Of a stretch of 64,000 nucleotides of DNA, positions 37,101-50,802 are shown piece after piece (positions within the stretch are counted from its first letter, which is position 1; each line of letters begins with the position of its first letter). The stretch is taken from contig OZ316893.1 of NCBI GenBank assembly GCA_973895155.1, positions 11,796,359 to 11,860,358 of the forward strand. The letters run 5' to 3'. Below the pieces are notes generated by a model that was given only the letters and a program-made list of their open reading frames with translations, did no database searches and had not been told where the DNA came from. The translations under genes and the position numbers were made by a program. Origin of the DNA: Marsupella aquatica (Eukaryota; Plantae; Marchantiophyta).

Positions 37101-37669
37101 TGGGACCTTAGAATGGGAAATCCACTGACTGTATTAAAGGAGCATTCTGGAGAGGTGAAGAGGGTGGCATTCTCTCCTTTTGGCAAGTTGCTTGCCACCA
37201 CATCGGGTGATACAACTGTCAGGCTGTACAATACTTCCACTTTTGACTGTGTTCACGTTTTAAGGTACAAAGACGAGATCTTTTTGAATGCCTTTGTCCG
37301 TTGTTCACAGATTGTGAGACTAGCAACAGATTCTTATTGTCTAGTGCTCAATACTTTTCTGAATTGCCCATGAGGTTTCAAACAAACTTAAGCCTGCGTC
37401 CTTGTTTTACTGCATTGGTTAAGCGTAATGATATATGGACCGTATGTAATCCCAGCTGACTATGCATGCATTTAACCCCAGCTGACTATGCCGAATGTGT
37501 TGCAAGCAGCTCACACAGCGATCACGTGTTTGATGCTGCATGGTCTCCCACTGCCGACTTCCTGGTCACTGCTAGCCATGACAGACTCTGGAAACTTTGG
37601 CAACCGAAAGCACAGGCAGTACGCAATCTATCTATGGGCACTAATGGCAACAGATCGAGAGTAAATTAA
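34145..37669 (+). CDS. RING-HC finger / coiled-coil / WD40-repeat protein (probable E3 ligase); exons 34145-34413, 35354-36260, 36466-36576, 36888-37264, 37510-37669
   Basis: CKIC..PCGHVFCAPC..CPVC; heptad region LERAKLKVQVAKLEKLKGDL; about seven GH...WD repeats. GT-AG junctions have compatible phases. Confidence 0.9.
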
Positions 37670-40600
37670 ACCAACCATACACAAGGGTTGTCCAGCATCT
37701 CCTGAAATAACGATTTGTTAGATGAAATGGCTTCCTGTACTGATACGAAGGGCCAATCTATGAGAATTGTTGAGTTTAGCGTAGGTGGCGATAGCCGGCT
37801 CTCCTTAAAAAAAGTATATGAAGTTCAGAGAAGTTTCTCAAAGTAGCATTTGCACCTCACTTGTAAAAAGCCGCAAATGTGTTGTACATTACAAAGGGTG
37901 AAGACTTTTCTAAAAGAGTTGACATGTCCCTGCCATTTTGTTCATATCAATGCATTGTTTATGTTCTCGAGGCACGATGTCCCTACTTGTATTTCAATAC
38001 TGGCTTCGATCTGTTCCTAAAATCTTAGTCTTTACCGGTAATTTGTTACTTTCAAGGAAATTGGAAAAGAAAATACGATTGTTAGGAAGGGAAGAGCGAC
38101 GAACAGGAGTACCTTAAACTATTTTATAGCCGACTCGACAGCTACAGCCTAGAGGAAAGGGAACAGAGACTTGTCATGGACACTGGGGAATTTTGCAGTT
38201 AAATTCTATTCAGGGCAGCCAAATAGACCTTTTCAGAGGAACTGACGGTGCAGGCATGAGCAACAGAAGCTGTGAGACTCACGTTTAAATCTGTGAGTAA
38301 GAATCGTGCATAATGACCATGATTGTGGCCCCGGGTGCCTTCTGACAACAAAGATATCGAGTAAGGATGAAGGGGACTGGCCCTCGTATGCTTTGTATTA
38401 GGCGTACCATTGCAGGAGGTCATTGTAGAGAATAGCAGCTTAGATCCGTTTTTTCTCTTCTCAAAGTTAGGCTGGAAGGAAGAGTTCAGATTTATTTTCT
38501 CTGTTGCAAGACAACGTTCACTGGCAACAGAGTTGGTCCATATGTGTAAATGAGCTCTTCAAAGAAGGAGAACGAAATTAGTCTGTCCTGAATGATAAGC
38601 TTATCCTCTCAGATAATCACCGGACGAAAAGGCGTGCAGATGGAGGAAGACGGATGAATTCAGAGGAATCAGAATTGGTCCCTTGGGATGAGTTACAGGA
38701 GGGAAAGGCGTGCAGATGGGAGAAAGAGAAAGTTGGGCACTCTATATAATGGGAAAGAACGAGAGGTTCACTGGGAACAGAGTTGGTCCCATGGGATGAG
38801 CTGGGCACTTCAAATGATTATAGTGCCTCAAAGCTGACGGCTTTGGCCATAAAGAAATGGCTATAACCTTTGCTTTTTCACCAATTAAGGACAAATTAAT
38901 TACCAGGAGCCTCAAAATCTCTACTCCCAATCAGCTACCCCTACATATTTATTAAACATAAACGGGAACTGCTACACTGTTAGTGGACTGCGGAATTGGT
39001 TTACTATATATACGTTAAGCGAAGGGTGTCGATGCGCCGAGCGGAGAAACATAAAAACTACCTGCCAGTACATTCATTTCTGTACTTGTCAACGAAGAGG
39101 GTTCATTCAGGAAGGGTCTCACCTTAGGGTGGGTCGCCGAAATTCCAATACGTGTTGACCTACAAATCCTGGATCCAAGTAATGCCAACTATCCATGCAA
39201 GGCATCACACAGGCCACCACTTTACCCGCAAGCAAGTTTGTCCATTGCCCGTCTCTTGCATTATAATGACATTGGTAAACCCGAAAAAGTGGAAATCGAC
39301 TATTGAAATATGATCGCTCCTTGCACTTGTACTAGCCTTTCGTCACTCAGAACCCACCTTCGCTACAAGAAGTACATTACTCTTTACTCAGAGGACCCAC
39401 TACACTTCTCTGGCATAACGAGATGTGCTCACGCAGCCACTGCTAGTCGCAGTAAGTTTCATTACCGCTGCCATGAATCTCTCAACATCAAGTACATCTC
39501 ACCTTTAGATCCGATACTGAGTTCTCGGTACGTTAGTGGTGGCAGGCCCTGAGCCTTCCTCCGAGGTCAAGGTAATCTACAGTATATTGTGGAAATCTGC
39601 TGAACGCATTTCCTAGTCCAGGCTGCACCACTCTGAAGCTGGTCTCTGAATCAGGAGTGAGTGGATTGAATGTGTTAGGCACTGATCTTATATATTACTT
39701 TGCAGACACCCAACAAGAATTCGAACGCAAGTATGTTGGCAGCAGAGCTGGCTGTCGGTACTATTCTCTCGTCATCTAAGCTCAGTTTGCGCGCACGCAG
39801 CTCAGCAGACTTCCAAAAGTCCTCCCACATTCGTATTCTCGGTTTGGATCTCCGGGAAAGGTCAAGCTATGCTACCTGCAGGTAGAAGTTATAGAAAAAT
39901 AGACAGTGAATTCAATTTGACATTCTTGCCGATAGAAGACAGGTGGCGATTAACACTCAAAGAGCCAAACCAATTTTCAGCGAGCGAGCTGAGAGCTGTG
40001 GGGCTGGTCGTCGCTCGTTGTTGTTGATTTGCCGTGATCTATCCTCTCTCTGTCTTCTTTCCTTTTTTCTTGGGGCGATAATAATTGTAACGACTTTTCT
40101 CGGACAGGTTGGCGTCGCCAAGCGATTTCCAGTTGTCGGTGGAATTCTCCACTGTGTCGGTCGAAGGCTGTTGTCTGGATGCATTTTCCTCTGAAGAATT
40201 CGGAAGTGGCTTAATTAGATCGTGATCGGCAGGGGAAGATAAGGAGAAGTTGGTTGAATTCCGTCGAGCGGTCGGACGAGGAGGAGGGAGGGAGCGGGGA
40301 AGCAGTTAAGCGAAGGGTGTCGATGCGCCGAGCGGAGAAACTGTAAAAAACTGTTTCACTCACCACTGTGAGGAACCAGGAAGGGGTTGCGGGGAGTATA
40401 GCCGTCGTGTAGACACGGCACAGTGACACGGCATTCCGAGAGAGAGAACGGACTGACGGACGAAACTATGGATCAGGCAAATCGATGTTTCTCTCAATTA
40501 CTGCATTGTTGTATCGATATGTGAGTTGACGTGTGTGATGCATGCGGATACTGTGGCAGCAGGAGGAAAAGGAGAGGCAAGAAAGAGGTCGATGACTGGG

Positions 40601-40934
40601 TGATTTAGAGGAAAGTGCTGTAAGAATTTGTGGAAAGAACAAATAGGACGGAGAAGGGATGGAGGAAGAAGAGGCCGATTGACGGGGGAGACGATTCTAT
40701 TCTCCAACTCGCTACTGAACCTTCGGCTTATTATCCTCAGGAGCCTAGCGGCAGGGACAGGAAAAGGAGGAAGCAATAGGTGGGTTTCAGAAGAAGGGTC
40801 GGAGCCTCAGGCCTGGGGGTTCCATCAGCAGCAGCCGAGACGAGCTGTTGCTGTTGGACTGCGAGGAGAAAGCGCAGCAACAGGAGAGAGGAGGAGGAGG
40901 GGACAGGGACAAAATTCGAGGGAAAGAGCAACAG

Positions 40935-43900
40935 ATGTGTGCAAAAGTGAGCACTTATGATCGACACGGGCCGAATGTGCGCTACCTGCCTGCGTCATTG
41001 CAGCTCCTCTCTTCCCATCAACGTGATAACAATAATAACCACGGAGATGGGCACGGGGGGATCTCATCGTCGCGGAAGAGGGGGCACAACAATCTCATTA
41101 GCAGCATTGAGCAGAGTGAAAATGGGGGAGTGAGCGCCAGCAAGCGCGCCAGCCGGAATCCTGAGATTATGTTCCGGCTGCTTATTCCGGCCACGAAAAT
41201 TGGCAAAGTGATTGGCAAGCAGGGCAGCCAAATTAAAATTCTGCGCGAGAAAACCGGAGCTCGCATCAAGATTGCCGACCCTGTCTCTGTAAGTTTTCTA
41301 TCCGCTGTCGCATTGATGATCACTATCTCGCATCAAAACTGCCTCTCATCCGCAACCGGCATCGAGGAAGGTAAGCTGAAAGATGAAGGTAACAGGGGTG
41401 GCAATGCTTCAAGGCTCCACATTTGTCTGCTTGAAAGAGTAAAGTCAGTCTTCATTTCAATTACGCCTCAACGTGTTCCCAAGAAAATAATATGTAATTG
41501 TTCAAGTTCGGACATCTCAAGGTTAGTACTGTACAACTATGGCCATCCTTAAACTGGCTTTCGAAGCAGCTGGACTAACTTTTCGCTTGGGTGTGAGTAA
41601 CATTGCATACATCACCTTTGCACCTGAATACCCCGGAGTTGGATAAGTGTTTATTGATTCTGTATCCATGGATTTGGAGCTCCGACCGTTATAAAGTCTA
41701 AGATATAAGGAAGAGCTATTCGAGTCGAGTTGTCTATGAGAATACAAGGGCGTAAGAGTTGCTCTTCGGGTTCGAATCTTAAAAGTAGGTCTGCCAACTG
41801 CTAATGAAGGCTGCATAGCTCATAGTTTTGTGAGGATCAGATTATGAATCATCGTTTCAATGAATGCTTGAACACAGTGGTTGCAAACAGTCGAGGAGCG
41901 TGTGGTCCTGATCTCTTCAAAGGATGAGCTGGGTGAAGCTCATTCAGCTGCAGAGGATGCTCTGATTCGCGTAGCTACCATTATGGTTGAGGTAAAATCC
42001 TAACCACATCATGTGCCAGCTCTGTGGTTATGGATAAATAATGCAACATATTTTTTGTTTGTTTGTCGAGATAGTCAAAGTAAGTCTCGCACGCCTCCTA
42101 GATGTGTGACAAACTAATGCCATTAGTTCACTCGCAGTGTTTTCACGCTTATGTGGTGAAGTCCCTTAAAATGGCTTTTATCCTTGGACTTCAGCGTAGC
42201 TCTGTTTTGATAGTTGCGACCGTAGATGGCTCAAGACCACCTCGTCGTCAATGCTCTCTAGATGTATTCCACTCAGATTGTCGAATTGTTCTTATTGGTG
42301 TTTTGGGTTGACAGGAAAGATCGGATGGGGATCGTGCAGCAAGTATCGGACCCCAACATCATGTTGCCCCCAACTTGACACGACTACTGATTGCAGGATC
42401 TCAGGCAGGCAGCCTCATTGGGAAAGAAGGAGCCACAATTAAAGATGTAAGGGAGTCTTCAGGAGCCAATGTCAGAATCTTACCACCAGATCAGCTTCCT
42501 GTCTGTTCATCTGCATTGGAGAATGATCGCCTCGTGCAGGTAAGATGATTTGGCCCCTCCTCCTCCCCCTCCCCCTCCCCTTCCACACAAAAACAAACAC
42601 AGACCCCTCCCACTTTCTTTTCCACCTCTCCATAGGTTTTGGTCTTTGACCCGGTAACCAGTCAATTAATTGAAATTTCAAATCTTTCTGACAGATTGCT
42701 GGTGAAATATCCCAAGTTCAAAAAGCTTTGGAGATGATAGGTGCCAAGCTTCGGTAAGAATCGATTGGCGCTGCTAGTTTTGACGAACTTGTGGCATCGG
42801 TAATAGGGTTGTGGGGAAAGTCCTAAAATTTGTAGTGCCTGTCGAGAGCTCGAATTGATTGGCATTAAGCAGAGAAATTGTGGTGATCTGCAGGGAAAAT
42901 CCTCCCAAGGAAACTGTTTCCATCAGGGCCCCTTTTTTCCTTGGGTCAAACCCGCACCTAATAGTGCACCAGGCAGGGCTGTCAGCTTTTACGAATCCAG
43001 GTAGATTTCGTGATCAAGGAGGTCTGCGAGGGGACCCTTACAGCAGGTTGAGTGGAAATTCAGGTCCTGGTTCTGGATTCAATGGATCTGATAGGCCCCT
43101 CCCAAAAGTGAGCACCGAAATACGCATTCTGAGTGCACTCATGGGTGGCGTCATTGGAAGGGGAGGAGCTAACATCAGTCAGATCAGATCTATGTCTGGA
43201 GCATCAGTAAAGGTGTAACTACTTACCCATTCTTTTTGACCCGGCACTACCAGACTGGCCGATGTCGTTCAATTTATATCATGGGTATATTTTGGTCAGG
43301 GTTCTTCCCAATATACCATATGGTTTCGTTTTTCTCAGTCCGTGCATTCCTGTAGGTTTTTTGCATCACCAATTCAGATGGAGCTCTCCTTTCACTTTCT
43401 CCGTTTGAGATCTTCTCTTTTAGCCTTGAAGAGTTCGCTCGGGGCAAGAAATTGTCTTTGTCACAACAGGGAAATAGCTAACCCTCTCGTGCTTGGAACG
43501 TAGGTGAGTGGGCAAGTGGATGGAACGACAGAAAGAACAATTTCGATCGAGGGAACCCCAGATCAGGTAAGTACTAAGTATTTGTTACGCTGAGGTGCTT
43601 GCACACACAGGTTCATGCATACAAAGGATTATACAAGGGTTTGCGTGATGGATAATCTCCTTATCCTGGAAAATCAATTCTAGACCGCCTATCTAATGTG
43701 ATGTCATTAAGCATGTGCTGATCAAAACGAAGACAGTTTTTTGTCAAATATTCTTCAAAATGCACGTGTTCTTCTGCTTGACCAGGCAGTACTCACCTGC
43801 TTATTCTTTAAAGCATTTCTTCCCCTTTGTTACCCCCGGTATGGCCCCATTCAAGAGTATCCTCGCTGGTCTGTTGCCAGTAGACGCAAGCTTTATTTGA

Positions 43901-43972
43901 GGAGATGTTTTGGTTGGTATGCAGGTCGCAGCAGCACAGAGCCTTGTACAAGCATATTTAAATGCACAATAG
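40935..43972 (+). CDS. Triple KH-domain RNA-binding protein (PEPPER/FLK/hnRNP-E-like); exons 40935-41288, 41878-41991, 42315-42539, 42695-42753, 42894-43212, 43504-43566, 43925-43972
   Basis: KH GxxG loops VIGKQG, LIGKEG, VIGRGG; in-phase GT-AG introns. Start codon choice uncertain. Confidence 0.88.
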
Positions 43973-45784
43973 GAAGTAGGCAAGTATTCAGCAATCTCGT
44001 TTACCCGCCTTTGTCCAGAATTAATGGACAGAACATATAGAAAGATGCTCTGCAGAGAAGTGGATAGTCGTGTGAAGCGGCATGCATTATGATAACTCAT
44101 GTCGATCTGACAGGTTCTGCCTATCACTTCCTATGTTTGCAGTGTCTAGTCCACGTGTTCGGCCCCTTCTGCTGGGTGGCGGTTTAGGGTTTAGGGTTTT
44201 TCTTACTGTTTTAGTTGAGCATTTGACTAAGATATCTCTGGGATGAGGAAAGAGGTTGCTCGGAATGGAACTAGGCTAGCCTCCATGCAACCACGAAAGC
44301 AAAGCTTAATTTTTTGTAAAATATTCTGAAATTTTGAATGGTGTCATCAATGCGGCTATACGAGTGGTGGTAGTATAGACATGTAGTTCATCGAGGGAAT
44401 TTGCCTGAGGATCTGCCAGGTTGATAGGTTTGGAGTTGAACCCCTGGACTGCAGGAGAAGTGGTGCTTGAGTGGTAGCATTATGAGGTTATTCACAGCAA
44501 GAATCTGCTGACTATCATGAAGGCACCTTGCTAAGTAGATCTGGTTTCTAGTCTTTCTGTATTCACCCATCCCGGTATTAGAAAGTGTCCCATCTCAACT
44601 TGGTTCCTCCAGGTTGGTTTCTGGGCTTCTTGAGTTTCAGCCAAGCATTCAGGTTCCCCTTTCCTTCGCAGATTTGTCTGTCCTTGCTTTTTTTTTTTGA
44701 GGGAAATCTAGGACTGGATTGGAGAATCTGCAGTATTTTTTACTTCAAACTCCGAGTTCGGGTTAGTTGACCCATGCTCTGGAGGGAGTTATGGGGTGTA
44801 ATCCTTGAAGAGGGGAATACCTCAGTTTTTTTCTTTGCATTGAGTGGCCACATCGTTTTCCAGGTAGAAACTTGGCAAAAATGGTGACTGGTATCCTGAA
44901 ATTGAAGCCCAGGTCCGTTCACAATCTGTGGTGGCTCACCCTGAAATGGGTTCCCTACAATGAATGTATGTCACTATTGGGGTGGGGAGAGTCTACAAGT
45001 GGTTCTTCCCCATTTCCTTCAAGACCAAAAACATTCCATTCCCCTTCTACCTAGTCCAGGAAAGAGTCAAATCAGTGGATAGCAAGGGAAAATGTTATGG
45101 GCAAACTTTGAAAATTTCTGGAAACAAGAAGATTTCTGCCTCAATCGACAAGCAGATCCTACTGGTAACCTGGACTAATCCACCATCCTCAAGAATCTGT
45201 AAACAAAAAGAGGCTGTGGAGTACAAACATAATGAATGAGAACTAGCTTGGCAGAGCTCGAGAACATCAGCGATTATTCTGCAGCCTGCGTGCCAAGAGG
45301 GCAAAAATGTCACGGACAATCAAAGTACTTTATCTCACCTTCTACTTAGATATGTACATCGATCTCGACGTCGATAAAATCTCAGTCGCTGCAATACACG
45401 ACGGGCTATTCACAGCGCGGGACCCAGATAGATGTCTCAAATTCTCCACCTAATTTACCGTGGCCTTGAAAGATCCACACAGCACTCCATTGCAGTAGAC
45501 AAAGTAGCGCGTTAATTTAGGCCGACGCCGCTGTACGAGGGATCATTCTCCTCCATGCCAGGCCGACAGCCAACCTCGACTTTACCGGCGAGCAAATGCC
45601 GACCATAATTTCGCGGATCGACCTGCTGCTCGGCAGCAAAGGCTATAGTAGCATCGCCATGGTAGATTGTGTTTCTGTGGGAGTTCAATGCCCTGGATTG
45701 CTGTGAATCTTGACTAACACTTAACGCTACTGAAAGCTCCGAAGCTCGATTCATTTTCCTGAAAGACAAGGAGTGTTTTATAAT

Positions 45785-45900
45785 AAGTTACATTCGAGGA
45801 GAAGCGAGCACTTGCGCTCGATGCCTCAAATACACTTGCGTGAAGTTACATTAGAGGAGAAGCGAGCACTTGCGCTCGATGCCTCAAATCCACTTGCGTG
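45785..45900. repeat. 58-bp tandem duplication
   Basis: AAGTTACATT.GAGGAGAAGCGAGCACTTGCGCTCGATGCCTCAAAT.CACTTGCGTG twice, 2 mismatches. Confidence 0.9.
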
Positions 45901-46988
45901 AGATTGAATCAAAAAATGCTGAGCGCCTAACACATGATGCGAGTTCTAACAGACAAAGAGGTGCTGCGGCTTGTCAACTTCAACAAGTTCAGTGGGAGGA
46001 AGCGCACAAGTAGAAGCGAAGCTTGTTTTGTTAAATCACCCAAAGGATCTAATTTCTAACGAGAAGTTGTTTCGTAGTGAGAGTGTCGGAGAGGGACACT
46101 AGAAGCATATTTGGAGAAGCGGCCACAAGCTCAATTTGCAAACTATGATAAACTCTTCCTATAGAATCAAGTTGACGAGGATCAAATAACTACGAGGAAT
46201 TGCGTTGGAGGCCGCAACGTAGAGCCCTTCTCTATGCCGACAAGTAGCCCGGCATAGACAATGTCGAGCAGCAAGCTACAGTAGCTGTTCAACTCTGGCT
46301 ACAGTTATAGTAAAGAATTCTAAGTAGTTCGCCAGTGTTGGCTACAATTATGTTAAAGAATACCAAGGACTTCGCCTGGAAACGTGTCAAATCAATCGAG
46401 GCCTTCTGACGATTTCATATGAATGCAGTAGTGACACTTCATATGATGGAGTACGTTCTCGAGAGGGATGTTCCTTTGGGATTCTTGCAGTCGCCCCGTG
46501 ATGAAGCTACGTACGACTTGGCCACACCGGCTTTAGACAAAATTTCCAAATTAATTAAAGCTGCCTGTCGGACTGGGATTCTACTGGCGTAGTCTTCCCA
46601 AGTCGAGCCATCAGTCGTTGCCGATCGCTCGATTATTTACGTCCTACAGGCATTTACTCAGTGGGTCAAGCAGTGATTTATTTATTCTCGGTCGACCTTC
46701 TCTCAAATATTGCACGTCCATGATCCAGCCTGGATGCCTGGATCTAGCTCAATTCTCTTCAAGGGTTGCACGGTGAGAACGAGCTGGCCAGCTCTTGGAT
46801 CCTCTGTTTTATTTTGGCGAACTACGAAGTTTGTAGAATATAATTAATCGGATCGAGAACAACATAACTTGGATTTCCGAGCACGTCCCAGGTACAGCAG
46901 TCTCGAGCTTAAGAATACTGTCCATTGAGTTGGACACATCCGCCACAAAGATGCAGGAGCGCAGGCTCGGTTCACGGAGACCTCGGCG

Positions 46989-47330
46989 ATGGCTACGGCC
47001 GTGGCTGCGTTCTGTGTGACAGCTTTGCTGCGGATGGAAATGAGTAGACGTCAACATGTATGCCCCATCCCCATCCCCGTCGATGATATCGAGGGAAGCC
47101 GTAGGCTGGCAGCAAATAGGTCCTCCGGTACCAGCATGTGATCGAGTGCGATCGCTTCTGTCCCAACAATCTCTGTTGCAGCGGGGCTTACTATTGCGGT
47201 TCTAATTCAAGCTACTGCGGAGATGGGTGCCTCTCTGGCCCACGTTCCAAATCAGGTTCAACAACTTTGAGGAGTGATGTATTCTTGGAATCGTTGTAGC
47301 GGCAGTGGCAAGGATGATCATTCAAAGTGG
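46989..47330 (+). pseudogene. Hevein-type chitin-binding (CBM18) small secreted protein gene or pseudogene
   Basis: 47147-47245 translates CDRFCPNNLCCSGAYYCGSNSSYCGDGCLSGPR. Upstream signal-like MATAVAAFCVTALL. Not in the ORF track. Confidence 0.7.
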
Positions 47331-48572
47331 GCTACTGCAGAATTTCACCATGCAGACAACCAGCTCGCTAGCCGCACCGTACAGTTTTGACAGATTTGAG
47401 ACAAAATTGATATCTGTTGTGGTCTGAAAGCTTGGTCCTCACTATTTGTGACGCAGGTTTTACATGAACCAACGTTCGCTTTCAACAATAGTTAGCTTTT
47501 ACGCACTTCAAGTTCGTAGCTGGAAGCGACTGTGTGTTTCTCCAACCTTCATTCTTGATGTGTCAACTACTGCAGGCAAACTTATTTTATTTGTCTACGT
47601 ATTGAGCAGGGACAGTGCTTTCAGAAAATTTCCAATTCTTTTACTGGCGACTGAGTGCATGCTAGCCACATACAGCGTAACATGTGCCGAACCCTTAGTT
47701 CAAATGAGCAATCAGCCTAATTAATTGTCTCTGTTGTTCTTGCCATTGTGACGTGGTATCATATTTTAATACTGCTCGCATCATCTCAGGCTTGACATCT
47801 TGAATGACAACGTAAAATTTCCTTCGAATATCAAGCGGCAAAGCGGTCCGGTTGTAAAACGGTGAATATCTAGAGAGGGATCTAGAGCACATGATAGATG
47901 ACCTTGATCGCCATCCATGGCGTCATTACAATTTGAAACAATTCTAGAAACCGACCAGCAGATTATCTACGATTCAATCTTATGGAATTGGGGACGATGA
48001 AAGTGAGTATGAGAGCGAGGGTGAGAGTGCATTTTAGTCTGCCCATGCTGGAATGCGAGGGTAATTGCACAGGGCAGCTACATTCAACCTGTGTCCGGTG
48101 CGTACTCTTTGAATCGATCAGTCACCAAGAGATCATGAGACCATTCTCGACGGTGGGCAATCGCATGTGAGTGTAGATCGATCTGGGTTCCCAATACAGT
48201 CTTCGTACGTAGGCCATCAGATTTTGATTTTGTTTCGATTGAACCAAGCAAGAAAGTCTAAGAAAGCGCAGGAAGCTATACAGGCCTGTGGCCGCATCGG
48301 CCTCAGCTAGAGGTTCTGAAATCCAATGCAACAAGAAATCGACGAGGCCACTCAATGGCGTAACCAGCTACAGTATATAAATGGGAGCATGTATGATGGG
48401 CAGTGGGTCAGAAACTCGAAAAGAATCGCAGAGCGTGTTCTCACGTAGTGAACAAAGAGAAGTGATGCTTCCTAATAACATATTTGAATTTGCTGAAAAG
48501 CAGGCTCAATGTAGCCACATCAAAAACTCTAACGCTTATCCATAGCAGTCGGTTGTCAATCAGTGGGGCAAA

Positions 48573-48705
48573 AACTCAAATAGGGAGTCCCAAAGCTTCC
48601 AAATTTAGAAATGATGCTAGTATACCATTAAGGAATGGTAACTCAAATAGGGAGTCCCAAAGCTTCCAAATTATAGACGATGCCATTCTACCATTAAGGA
48701 ATGGT
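48573..48705. repeat. ~67-bp tandem duplication
   Basis: AACTCAAATAGGGAGTCCCAAAGCTTCCAAATT...TACCATTAAGGAATGGT twice. Confidence 0.85.
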
Positions 48706-50802
48706 CATAACTTTGTCATAAGGTTAACTAAAAAGTTTTTTTTTGGTTTTTTCTTTCACCAGCATCGATAGCACTAGCAAAAAAGTTATGGACTATGAAT
48801 TTCATACCCCAAAACTATTTGTGTCGGTAAGTTTTGAGACGCCCTAATATGGAGACGCTATAGGGAGGTTGTGATGTCTCAGATGACCGACAATCAGCAC
48901 CGAATCACCATGTTAATTTTCAGGTTTAGGCTGTTCTCTTAATCTCGCTTGTTCATGTTTTTGACCAGCACTTTTGTCGGAGGGGATGACTAGGATTGTC
49001 ACAATAGGCTGTGCTAGGTCACAGAGGACTCCCGAACAGCACCTCCCTTCAATGGGCTAAAGAAAAACGTGTAGACATTTCCATTCCTGTCACCTTGAAG
49101 CAGCCTACGAACTGTGCTTGCTATTTCGACGTCGCTGAACATAGTTTCAAATAATTTCGCATTGACCATACCACCAGTTCTCGGGGGTACGGTATCCCCG
49201 TCAGGCTTCACAGACATAAAAAGAATGCAAGCTGAAACTTTGATCCTCGTTGGTGGAGACTCACCAGCAGAGTTCACCGGTGTCTTCCTAGATGGGTGCG
49301 GGAAATCGACCTTCATGAAGCTCAAATCCCCAGAATGAGAAGGGAGGGCCACAGTGTCATCGGCGCCATATGCAGCAACAGACACCAGGTGCGAAACAAA
49401 GAAATTCTTTCTCTGAAAACTTCAGCCTTATTTGAGTACCTCGGCTACGTATGCACTGCTAGTTGTTCCCATTGAAATTGCAAACTTCACAAACTAGACA
49501 TCTCGGGACAGTCAGGATTCCCAACTTTTCTTGCACCAGCTACAGTGATGGCCTGCCATCAGCTTCCTTCGCCAATGTCTCGGGCACACACTTCAGAAAT
49601 TCAGAAGAACTCATCTCTTTCCTCTTCTTGGTGGGCCTAAAAACAGTCACAGAGATCAGTCAATTAGCTCGAGTGCTGATAGGGGCAAGAGCAAGGCTAA
49701 GAGTACAGGCACATTTCATGTGCAGGTCTTATCTGCCCTCTAAAAACGAGTAAAACACAAGCATACCTCTCGTTCAAAGTACGATTCTGGTTTGTCAAAT
49801 CCAGATGCCAAACTCCAATATCCGACGTGAACAATAGCAACGACGCCCCTGAACTCCTGCAGCTGGAATCAGTTCTCCCAGATTTGGAATCAGCAGCAGC
49901 AGGCTTCTCTTCGGAAGGAGGGACAAGGAGGACCACAGGGTGCCAAATGGACAAGAGATCGCCATCTTGAAAGACATGAACCAAATTCTTGGAAGTCCAT
50001 CAATTCTGGTACTGTGCTCCGAGTCCTATGAGTGTGGTCGTTAAATCCAAAATCATGAAGTTGTGACAATTTGAAAGTTTTGATCTCACGTTAGGATACC
50101 CGCTATCCTAGCATTACACCTAGGCTTTCTATTTCCACGTGCACTTTGAGTCACCCTTGAATCCATAGATCTTCTAGTCGTGACATTTCTTTGAATCCGA
50201 AACCGTGTAGTCCTGACAATTGGAATGGTTTTTGGGTAACTCTTCATACTGCATTTGTCCACATCATATCACCATACAAGAGGACTCACTCCGCTCATAC
50301 AAGTTCCCTCTACTTCTGACCCACATGAATTTCGAGTCACCTGTGGATTCAAAACCATCGAATTGCTACAATTTGGGACTTTGGGAGTGTAAATTACATG
50401 CCTCCTGAGATTGGATTAGAAAACCTTGTACAGATCCAAGATGTATCACCGACCACAAGACAAGAGCTTTCAACAGTCAAAACTTTTCTACACTTATCTC
50501 ATTGAGATCCAATTTCCTCATTGGGAGGTTATATACAAGTAGAACCACACCCGCTGTGACTTGCATCCAGTGCAGTTCTTGACATGAGACTCATGGATAT
50601 CTCAGTCGAGAACAGTCAACGAAGACCATCAGCAACCATGGCCTTCTATGGTTCTTTATGATGTAAATTCCTAGAAAACATCCCAAGCTTGATCAACCTT
50701 CCTTCCTATTCGTGTCAGATACCTCGAGTAATTATGAGCCGATGTGGATTCTAAGTGGAAAAAAATTTAACTACTTGAGTACAAGATGGCAAATTCTGCT
50801 CA

